Position numbers and translations under genes: made by a program
The notes under the pieces: generated by a model
The model's database searches: none
Seen by the model: the letters and a program-made list of their open reading frames with translations, nothing else
Told to the model about the DNA's origin: nothing
Source of the DNA: Chrysomallon squamiferum
Taxonomy: Eukaryota; Animalia; Mollusca
Direction of reading: 5' to 3'
Assembly: GCA_012295275.1 (NCBI GenBank)
Contig: CM022665.1
Location: 19,344,001-19,408,000 of the forward strand
Length of the DNA stretch: 64,000 nucleotides
Part shown: piece after piece, positions 39,901 to 50,896 of the stretch
Position numbering within the stretch: the stretch's first letter is position 1
Layout of the letters: the number at the start of each line of letters is the position of its first letter

Positions 39901-42804
39901 ACTTACCTACTTATTTTCTGTAATTATGCAGGCCCTTCTCGACGTGGTGATCTGGAGATATTAGGCTACTGCATGTTACAGTGGCTCTGTGGTCAGTTGC
40001 CTTGGGAAGATAATCTGACAAACCCAGATTATGTCAGAGACTCAAAAATAAAGCAAGTTATTTTGTGAAAATGAACTTAAAATTCTGAGAACATTTTGCT
40101 TTTGTGTTGATTTTAATTTTTATTATAGAAGAGACATATTTTTATATATCTTAATTATAACAATAGCAGTCTAATGTCAGTTGTTTCAGATGAAATGTAT
40201 GTTTTTATTTCCAAAATGATGCTGTACAGTAATGTTTTTGGTGTGTGCAGAATTTCAAATAAAGAAGAGATTATGGTCTGTAGTGACTGAAGTCAATAAC
40301 AAATGTTAAACTGCAGAATCATTTATTTGGCAAAGTGAAATGGGCAAAAATATTCACCACTAATATGATGTCATGTCAGTATTTTTACTTCATTGTTTCA
40401 GACCTTAAATGCAGCAAACAGTGACTCATGTTATATGACAATATATTTTGTAATTTCATAAATCATTAGATAGTTAGGCATCCAGTTTTTCACAACAACG
40501 AAAACGTGGTTTATTGATGGACAGTTATTATAAACAGATCTGAGCCATTATATAAAGTGCACCATTAAAATATCCACACATAATGGAAAATTAAATTCTT
40601 GACTTGACCAATATTATGTACATTTTTCTGGGGGTTTGTTTTGTTGTTTTTTAAACAGTTCAGATACTGTATAATTTTACTTTGCTTTCCTTTGTTAACA
40701 TCGATATTTTCTGCTTTGGGTAAAAACAATTTGGTCATATTTTATGTTCCTAATTTAATTCTTTTGCAGTTTTAATTTCTTCTCTTTATTTGAAGGTATA
40801 TGAGAAACATCCCTTCACTGCTAAAAGACTGTTTCCGTGGAAGGGATTATCCAGGTTTGTTATGATATAGTATTAATGTGATTCAATTTTACAAATATAT
40901 ATTTATTTTATAAATTATTTAAAAGTTAAATTTCTTTTATATTTAAATGATCTCATAAGTAGTAAATTAAGTGATCAGTTTATATATATATTTAAATGGC
41001 AAAAGTTCTTTTGCATTATCTGCTTCATACTAAAAGAGAATATTAACAAAATGTTTTTTCCCCACTGACAGTGAAAATTTTCTTTTTTTTAAATAATTAA
41101 TTTGTATAGGATTAACGTGTACTTTGGTGTTAAAAAGAAATGGTTTATTTCCAAGTTATATTTTGTTGATTGCATTGTTTTTTTCATCCAATCTTAATGA
41201 AGTATTATTACAAAATAGTACATCTTTAAAAAGTCTTGGACTGCTATGTTTTTGTCAACAGAGGCCATCAGTAAATACCTGAATGTAATAGTCAAACTGG
41301 ATTATGATGAAAAGCCTAATTATAGACTCTTGAGAAAAATTCTCCTTGATGGTTTACACAAGCTTGGTTACAGAGATGAGTGGAAACTGTATCTGCCTCC
41401 AGTAGGGGATATATCAGCAACTCCCCTTAAAAAAAGGGTGGCACAGGTCAGGCTGTTTATGAAACCGAAGTGTTTGAACGTACAATTCATCTGACAGAAT
41501 ATAAAGTTTTTTATTACCTGGACTTTCTTCAAAACTGCCAAAGAAAAGATTTAAAAATATATATTTTATTATTATTATTTAATAAGCTACTTTATTTAGA
41601 CTTTTCCTTTTATTATTCAATAATCAGTGCACTTGGAATTTTCTACATTTTAAACTTTCAATGTTAGTTTTTTAAGAGGTAGTGTTTGTTTTTATCATTT
41701 ATTTATTCTCAGTGCTGTTATTCTTTGAGGAACCGAAAAATATTGTTATAAACATCTTTTGATACTGTTTTTTTAATTATTATTATTATTATTATATTTA
41801 TTTCATACTTCTTGTCTCATATTATGAATTTTATGAATTTTTAATTTTTATATATTTTTTTAGTTTTTCAGACATTTATTAATTTTTTTTTTATGTTTTC
41901 AGGTGCAAAGAAAGCGCAAATCATCCGTATCTCAAGAGAGCCCTCAAGAATACCTTTCATCAAAACAGCTGAGGATAACACCAAAACCACCAAGCAGAAA
42001 TTTATTTACTGCAGAAGATGAATCAGCTGTTCATGTAAGACAGAGGAGGGTGGCATTACCTGGTAAAACCAAACCTTCAAAGACAGTGACTAAAGGACAA
42101 ACAGACTTAAGTTCTGCTTCCTGGGAATTACCGACACCTAGTAAACCAATAAGAAAAACACGCAGTGCTACAGGTTGGCTAGACTGTTCTCTCTTATAAC
42201 TTTTAACTTTATTTTAATTTATTGGAACCATTAACCAAAATTTTCAGCATTCAAAAAGAAAAAAACGGTCAACAGTTAAGCCAAGGGATTAGTTGTTTCA
42301 AATGGTCATCCATCATTATTAATTTAATTTGATGGGGTGGGGGGAGTTTATTTGTTTTTAATAAGAAAATATTAATTTCTAAAGGAGGCAGAATTTGTAA
42401 ACCTGCATTTTTTTATGGATTCTGAACTGTAAATATTACTAAAAATGGAGGCAATTACTATAAAAAAAGGAAATATAAAAGAATGATGTGGAAATGATAA
42501 AGGATGTTTTAAAGACTTAAATGTTTTGTTTTGGGGGGTTTTGGTTGTTTTTTTTGTTTTTTTTATGTCTGATTGTTTTATATGCTTGACATGTTGGACT
42601 ATTTGTTATAAAATTTGAGTCATGCTAAAATGGCAGTATTGATTCAACAAAGTGGTAGAAGCGAAAAACAAAACAATTCAATAATAACAATGAACTTGAT
42701 ATTATATAGGCCCAAAGAAAACACCTCCAAGGAGAATGAAACGATCAAGAAAGCCAAGAACAGATGCTGCTATACAAACCACACCTGGTTTGAAACACAA
42801 CTGA
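36962..42804 (+). CDS. VRK1: Vaccinia-related serine/threonine kinase VRK1
   Basis: 12 phase-consistent exons: 36962-36992, 37363-37503, 37622-37677, 38012-38081, 38398-38591, 38896-39000, 39371-39503, 39932-40052, 40796-40854, 41262-41446, 41903-42173, 42710-42804. Motifs: [77 protein letters not shown]. Intron 8 is GC-AG. Confidence 0.95.
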
Positions 42805-43285
42805 TGATGATGAAGGAATATCACTAGGAGAAAGTGTGTCCTAGATGTGAAAATCTTGATCTTTCTGTTGTAGATTTTCATTCAGTATTTTCATGCACAA
42901 AAAGATATTTCACAAATTAAACAAACTATTCCAGCAGGCCATTGCTCCTATTCATCAACTGTATTTTGTATTTGTTTCCTTTTATTTTATCACTTGGGTC
43001 TGTTCTTGACTGTTGTATGTATCATGTTAAATAAAAACAATAATTTCAATGGTGAAACATATCTTTTAATTTATTCATTATTGGATGTTTTTTATTTCCT
43101 GCATGGTGTCATCTGCAAACAAGGATAGACAGTTTAAACAATGGCCTTAATATGCAAGATAAATGATAGGAAAAGGAAAAACATTTCAAAGTTAACCTGT
43201 AATATGGCAAATATACATTTTCTTTTTTCAAAATTGAGCTATTTGCTGGAGATCTGTAGTAATAATATTTTATTTAACTTACTTT

Positions 43286-43851
43286 GTTTTTCATTACACA
43301 TTTATTCAATGTTTTTGTAAAGTTGGTGCAGCATTTGTTTAATTCAACATTGCATAAGTATATTTTCCTTAAATTGAGGATCATTATTTTCTTGCATCAG
43401 TTTGATTTACAGCAATCTGACAAGTGTTTCTGAAAAATAAATGTCTAACAAAACTGATTTGTAGCTGTGTCTGTTTGTTAAAAATGGTAAATGTTGCTTT
43501 AACTTTGAGCAGTTTAAGATTATTTTGATAGGATATTCACTGTGTGAATGGCAGATGTAACTGTTAGATGGCTATGTTATGGTTTTCATTACACATTTAT
43601 TCAATGTTTTTGTAAACTTGGTGCAGCATTTGTTTAATTCAACATTGTATGTATATTTTCCTTAAATTGAGGATCATTATTTTCTTCCATCAGTTTGATT
43701 TACAGCAATCTGACAAGTGTTTCTGAAAAATAAATGTCTAACAAAACTGATTTGTAGCTGTGTCTGTCTATTTGTTAAAAATGGTAAATTTTGCCTTTAA
43801 CTGTGAGCACTTTAAGATTATTTTGATAGGATATTCACTGTTAGATGGCTA
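43286..43851 (+). repeat. Tandem duplication (~290 bp x2) between the VRK1 and BCS1L 3' ends
   Basis: Copy 1 (43286-43575) and copy 2 (43582-43851) share TTTTCATTACACATTTATTCAATG...GATAGGATATTCACTG with few differences. Each contains AATAAA. Confidence 0.93.
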
Positions 43852-43909
43852 CTGTGACCTAATAAAAATAAAAATGTAATACATTAATACAAATCACATT
43901 TTTATTGTA

Positions 43910-46677
43910 TTAAACATCCCATATTTTTTCAGTTTGTTTCAGAACCTTTTCAGGCTCTGTTTTGTGAATCATAAAAAATCCTTGTACTTGAGCTATGCTG
44001 GTAGGTTTTCCATGAGATAACACTCTTTTAGCAAAGTCATGTGCAGAACTTTCAGTCTCTTCAGGGTAGAACTTTTGAAAGATTTCTATCAGCTGATGTT
44101 CTGTTGCATAGTCTATCCTTTCTTTTAAGTCTACTCTGCCTGGTCGAATCAGTGCTGGGTCAAGTCTACAAAGAGATGATATTACGAGATGTAAAGTTGT
44201 TAATTTTCTTCTTCTTTTTTTTCCAAAGGATTAATAAACAGTTTATCAAAAAATTTCTTTTTTTGTGAATTTTCAAATAATTATATTTAAATAAAACATT
44301 TTATTGATCACTGAAGTCAGAAAATTAATATGTAAACAAATTGTATACTCAAATGTGACAGCAGACAGATTTTAATGAAATGTTGGGTCAGGTGGTACTA
44401 TGATGCATCAGACTCCTATAGCAGATATAGCAAAGGACTAAGCTGATGTTTTTTGCCTTTCCTTTTCTTTATTTATACTAAGTATGTTCATTTACTTATC
44501 TAGCATGGTTCTAGTACTTTATGAATCAAAATAGGTAACTGTGTGATTGTTCTTAGCTATGTCTATAAGGGGCTGTTCCAACCTTGATTACATTCAAGAA
44601 TCTGGAACAAAATGAAGGCAACTTCCTTTTCTAAACTTATGTTTGCTGCCAAATAGAGTATTTTAGAATTTATAAAGGAATTAATCAGTCAAATCTAAAC
44701 CCACTCACTCTACACTACCTAACAATGGATTACAAAATGGCCATGCTCAACTAAATGATAAACTGTAATATGTCACAGGTCATGGGCACAGATTAGGATG
44801 GCAATATATATATATATAATAATATACAGTGGTCAGAATTGAAAGCTTGAGTCCATTTTTAAGGTGTAATTGTTAATTAATTAACTAGTACCTTTTATTT
44901 TATCACATTTAAAAGCTACTTATTTTACAAAAATGTAAATGGATGCATTTGTTTTTCTTTGTTTTTTGTTTTTTATTAAATCTTATTTTTTTAAATAATG
45001 CTATACCTGTCAATATAATTTGTTGTCATAAAAATTATCCTGGCTTCAGCAGATGCTACTCCATCAAGAGCATTCAGTAATCCACTGAAAGTTAGTCTAC
45101 CCATGCCTTGGAATGCTGCAGGATCTAAAATATATGAATATCACACAGAAATTGAAAGCATATAAATTTCAAAAAAAAGGGAATCCATACATTTAGATAT
45201 TTTAAAAAGTGAATAAAAACTGGATTTTAAAAACAATAAAGACTTCATATTATGAAAAGAGCAATAAATATTTAATTGTATTTTTAAAATTAATTAAAAC
45301 AATAATAATAAAAAGTGGAACCTTTACTAACAATACAACATATACGTCTGTTTCACACCTATAGATATATACCTTTTAAGACTAATTTAAAAGATGAGTG
45401 AATCCTGAAAATATTCGGATAAAATATTACATACTTTCTTTTGTTAAATCTCTGCTAAGAAATGCAGCATCCACATCTTCTAGAAGTATAATACTTTGTT
45501 CTGGTGCAACTGTCAGAAGGTGATTCAAACGGTCATCAGAAAGACCTCGCTCACTTAGATTTAGCACACAGATGCTATAATCAAGTTCACCTGCAATTAA
45601 TTCACAGTATTAATAGGTCTATATATTAAACAATTTAAATTATTAACTTTTTAGAAAATGTAGCCAAAATTTGGATTTTTTAATTTTAACATGCATATTT
45701 TACGGTAATAACAAATGACTGTAAACTAATTATAATTAATCAATGGCATTTAATTAAGAGCAGATTTTAAATACCCATAGAGATTTTTTTTAAATTGACA
45801 GCTTTCGTAGACTTTCATGTCTGTTGTTCAAAAACACTTCCAGAATTCTTTGAAAATATTCTCCAGAAACCAAGAAAAAGTTTTCTTTAAAAATTCTAAA
45901 TTGAGTTACCTTGTTTGCTGAACTACTGTTTGACTTACCAGCCAGTGCTACAATGTAACTACTTTTCCCACAACCAGGAGGGCCATGGAGAAGATATCCT
46001 CTTCTGTATGGAATACCTCTTTTAATATACCACTGCGGATTAGTAATAAATTCCTTTATATCTAACAGAATCCTTTCTGATACTCCTTTGTCTAAAATCA
46101 CAGAACTGATTGGTCTTTTTCTTCTTGGGTAACCAAATGGCCGCCATTCTGCTCCCATTGCTGTGTACATAACAGTCTTTCCTTCCTGTTTCTGCAAGGC
46201 TGCACATCGAGCTTCATCAAGAATGCTGAAGAACATTTCTCTGTTTCTGCCAAGAGCTGTTAGTGTGACAGTTTCAAATGGTGTACCTGTATGCAGATCC
46301 ATCATTTGTTTTTCTCTGTTCCTCTCTACACGGATCCAAGATTTACCATAAAAGAAGAAATGACTTCCTGGACTAGGTACAAAGTCGAATTGTGTTGTAA
46401 TTCTTCCAGTCTCTGACTGACTGAAAGTTGTCTGTACACTCAAGTGCTGGGTTCTGGTGCCATGAGTTGAAATCCATTGCAGTAACCAATAGTAACTCTT
46501 GTCTCGACTGTTAACCTCCATGGTTATCATACAGTGTCTACGGAAGAGCACTGATCCCACTTGAACACCTTTGCGCAGAAAAGCAGCTGCAGCTCCAAGA
46601 CCAAATAAACCAAACCCAGCACCAAAATAAGGGTTATCTTGAAGGTTCAGAGTTGTCAAAATGTCAGAAAGAGGCAT
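43910..46677 (-). CDS. BCS1L: Mitochondrial chaperone BCS1 (AAA+ ATPase, complex III assembly)
   Basis: Phase-consistent exons 46677-45939, 45590-45435, 45124-45007, 44165-43910. Motifs: [35 protein letters not shown] (Walker A), [10 protein letters not shown] (Walker B), [33 protein letters not shown]. Confidence 0.97.
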
Positions 46678-47989
46678 AGTTACAGTTCATGGAATTTTTT
46701 TTTTTTTTTAAATGTTAATTTTACCTTAGAATCTTCAACAATATATTTTGGATGTCAAATATACATTCCCTAAAACAAATAATAAAAATAATTATTATTT
46801 TCATAGATTTCCAAGTCTTTTAGATGACTTGCTACATTTAATTATAAACTGGATTTTAATATTTACAGAATATTTTCCACAAATAAATCATTCTTCTCTG
46901 ATGCAACATTCAATCAAACATTTCTGATAACATAGTCCTGGATATGACTTTTTCCACCATTTAAAGTGGTGAACAGTTGTTAGATGTTAAATAGCAACTA
47001 GCTTTTCAATAACTGACCTTTGAAGTTTTACTTATAAAAATATTTGAAGCCATGTTTACCTTTACTTTTGTCTACTTCTTAAAATTACAACATAGAGGCA
47101 CATTTTCACTTTCTCATTATTCAGCCAGAATGTATTTCTAATTTGTAAGGTTGTTTTTGTGTGTGTTTTTTTAATCATTTATAGACTAGATTACAAATAT
47201 AGACTAGAGAAATAAATCAAATGGTCATGCTAAGCAGCATTGTTATACCTCTTTGAGAAGATATACACAAATGTAAACTAGTTTAGTCTTGGTTTCATTT
47301 TCATTGACATATTCTAATGCATTTTCATTCTCTTATTCTAATGGAAAGATTTTGTATACATTAACCGTATCTGGATATCAGATGTACCTCATTAACTGTT
47401 ACTCTCTTTCATTCTAACTTTTATTGATTGATTCCTACATAAAATTATTAATATACTGACAGCTCAGGTGATGAAATAATCAGATGTAATATATTTTTGA
47501 AAATGAATACACTTACTTCTGTGTTTTTGGTTATGCATTATAAATAACTATATAGAAATTCTTAAAGAAAACTTACTTATATATGTATATCATCACAAAC
47601 TATTGTGTTTGTTATTACTATTCAGTACTACTACTATGGCTTATTATTAGTATTATGGTATTATGAATTTATGTCATGTACTATGCAAACGAAAATATTT
47701 ATCAGTTTAGGTGATAGTAAAAATACAGTGTCTTAAAAATAATAAATGTTTTGCATATTTCTTTATCATAATCTTGTCATTCAAGGTCATTCACAGACAA
47801 TATAATACACAAAATTAGACCACATATATTATAATCACAACTGCACAGGCAAATTCTTCACAGATTTATTATTCATCAACCAGTGCTTCCTTCGCAGAAT
47901 AAGAGAAATATATTTAAAATTTAAAACTTTCACAAAGTTCATGGTATTTTATGGTATTTTATTTTTATTATAAATCAATGATGCAACAG

Positions 47990-48260
47990 ATTACACGATG
48001 CTTTCGATATGTCTAAGGCAAACGTAATTAATTTGACAACCTATAGTAACCGCATAATACAACATATTGATCATGAATACACGCGCGATTTCATACTTCA
48101 CTGACCAGTGTTTTTAAAACATTTGGATAAAATTAAATTCGTTTCCATACAAGCATTTCCATGGACGCGGCCATATTGTATTTTCTTAGGTGATATCGTC
48201 CACTGAAAAAAAGCGCACTGAATTTAGATTATAAAGACAAAAGAGGTTTCGTCACTGTAA
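47990..48260 (-). promoter_or_regulatory. Probable BCS1L promoter / first non-coding exon
   Basis: CpG cluster (ACGCGCG, GACGCGG) 1.4 kb upstream of the ATG, with a YY1-like AATATGGCCGCG on -. A candidate GTATGA donor lies at 48096-48091 and an acceptor near 46770. Confidence 0.45.
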
Positions 48261-48739
48261 TTTTGAGATCACTCCTTTATCAATAATCTAAACACAAAAT
48301 AAAAATATTTCTAAAAATTAATAGTTGCTAATAAATATTTTTAAAACAAAATATTTTCTAGTTTGTGTTTCATAACACAGTTCAAAATGCTTTGCATCTG
48401 AATTGTTTAAACCTAAGTTGTAAACCTAAGTTAAAACTCACAATAAAAATATAATTATTAGGTATAGCAATAACAGGTTAATATTTTATCATACGCTGGA
48501 ACTCTCTCCAAACTGTTTATGACCCATAGTTTCTAAGTTATGGCTTAAAGTGTACCTTTGGTGATAGAAAAATATTATTTTGAATATGTAAAAGACACGT
48601 GATTACCCCTATAAATCGGTTTAACGATAACGTTATCTATACTCGTCGATAGAAACAGACACAATATAAGAGCAAATTTATTTGGTATAATAAGGTTGGT
48701 ATGTCTAAGATCACAAAAGACTGTTGAAACATCAAGCTG

Positions 48740-48900
48740 TGGTCGAGGATCCACTCACTGTGCAGTGTCACCCGACTGATCCCACTTGGTGAATCCAAGG
48801 ATCTTTTCTCATTCCAGCCATTGCTTCATAGCTGATGTAACAAAGTCTATGGTGTGTATTATGATTATCCTATCGTATAATAGTTACTTGCCTAATGGAA
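48740..48900 (+). mobile_element. Degenerate SINE-like fragment
   Basis: The segment GATCCCAC..GGTG..TTCTCATTCCAGCCA..GATGTAACAAAG..TGGTGTGT..TATCCT resembles the central domain of a common gastropod tRNA-derived SINE. Recalled, not searched. Confidence 0.4.
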
Positions 48901-49306
48901 CAGTTAAAATGATAAAACATATTAACATGCGGGTGGGAGAGCATGCGCAGTGGCTGGTGTTAGTAATAGACATATAACTTAATTATGATTTAGAAAAAGT
49001 AAGTAAAATAACAACTGCTAGAATCCTTCCAGCGCAATAACAATATCAATTTAGATGCATTAATATATTCTGTACGGCTGGAGTTCTCAATGTGTATTTT
49101 CTGAGGATTTCCCCAGATTCTACAAATTTTACTGATATTTTAAGGAAATGTTAATTTATTTATTTAAATATATATATATAATAAAAATAAAAAAATAAAA
49201 ATAATAATAATAAATAATGCTTCATATTTCATAAACAAAGAGGTTTATGTTTTCATTTAGTTTTGCTTTGTATTTGTATTTGTATTTACTTATTTATTAT
49301 TATTAT

Positions 49307-49338
<32 letters not shown>

Positions 49339-50896
49339 TTGAATAACTTTAAAAAAACACAAAAAAAAAACACGTATTTTTAAAATAATAGCCTACAGTA
49401 AGTACAGAAAATCAATTAGGTCTTCTTGCAGACTGAGACTCTAATTGTAAAGGAAAAACAATAGCAAATAATGTATCTTGTTTAGGAATTATCTCCTGTT
49501 CTCACTTATACCGATAACCAGCCAGTAACTCTGTGGCATAAAAGTTCTGAATTGTTTGTAGCTTCACGTCAGCTCCGATTTCTTCACAGCATAGAAATTA
49601 TTTATCACAAGACACTGCATTCCTTAGAATATCGATGATGAGATAAATGTTAATTAATTAATTAGTTTTAAATTAGCACTGACGAAAGCCTTTTTTTTTT
49701 TTTTTTTTTTTAAAAAAAATCAAATAATAAACTCATTGTTTGCATACGTAATAGTACAGGTTTTAGAAGATGAATGCTTTTTGTTTCAGTGTAAAAGAGT
49801 AAAAAATTAGATTTTACTAAATATTCTTATGCAGCCGGTTTTCGGACCTAAAAAAAAAAAAAAAACTAATAATAATAATAATTTTTTGTCTTAAAACTGG
49901 TATCAAGCATATAAAGAATGTATCAGGGCAACCATCCACACCTGATTAATGTGTTTCTACATGTAAATATGACCTCTAATGTATTCAAAATGGAAATAAA
50001 TAATATAAAACAAAATAAATAATAACAATAAAAATAAAATATAATTGGTTTCAAGTACTGTTTTACAACAGCGTACTCAGAGCTGTCTTCTGTGGAGTTT
50101 TGGTGAAGTAACGTGTCCACATTATGGTACCTAATGAGAATACTCATCTTCATATTCACCAGCCCGTGTCTGTGAAAAATATTTTCTTTTTTGTGTCCGT
50201 GATTTTTTTTTTTTGATTTTTTTTATTATTACTTTTTGTTTGTTTTATTTTTATTAATTTTTTTATTATTATTATTATTATTTTTTAATATTTACACTAA
50301 TAAAGGTATGGATGAATGTTCATATTACAAAACCATAATGCAGATCACCTGTCTTAACTACATTTTTAACTTAAACTTTTCAAACAGGATTATTTTTTGT
50401 GCAAATGTGTGCATAATAAACTATGATTATAATGTTCCAGCAGATTAATGTATTAACTTTTCAAATTGGCTGTGTTCCCTGTGTCAGAATCCATCAGAAA
50501 AATAACATTCAGGCATAGTTTGTACTCATTAAACAGGAGAAATCTGAAGCCTTTTTTTTTTTTTTTTTTTTGGTTGTTTTTTGAGCAGACGACTTTGTGC
50601 CGATAAGAGTTATCGTTCCTGTTGGCCCATGCTATTTAAATGACTTTTAGTGATATTTAAAAAAAAAAAAAAAATAAGAATCAGTCACAAAATAAATAAC
50701 CTATGAATTTATTATTTAAAAGAAGACCAAAAATCTTTGTAAGTAATCAAAGTATGTAGTGCATTCTGTCACATAAATACTGTTCAAGGTGTAAATGTTA
50801 AAGGTAAAAGGTTATCACACCAAACAACGTCGATATACACGTTTGAACAGTCGATTCAGAAAGTGTTGATATATAATTGACAGAAACACCTTCAGT

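Noticed and set aside
42615-42827. 70-aa ORF as the VRK1 terminal exon frame
   Set aside because: The phase-1 splice from 42173 to the acceptor at 42708-09 selects a different frame, ending at TGA 42802-42804.
45790-45938. BCS1L ORF extension past the exon 1 donor (295-aa ORF)
   Set aside because: There is a canonical G|GTAAGT donor at 45938, and the downstream exons restore the AAA domain. The extension is intron read-through.
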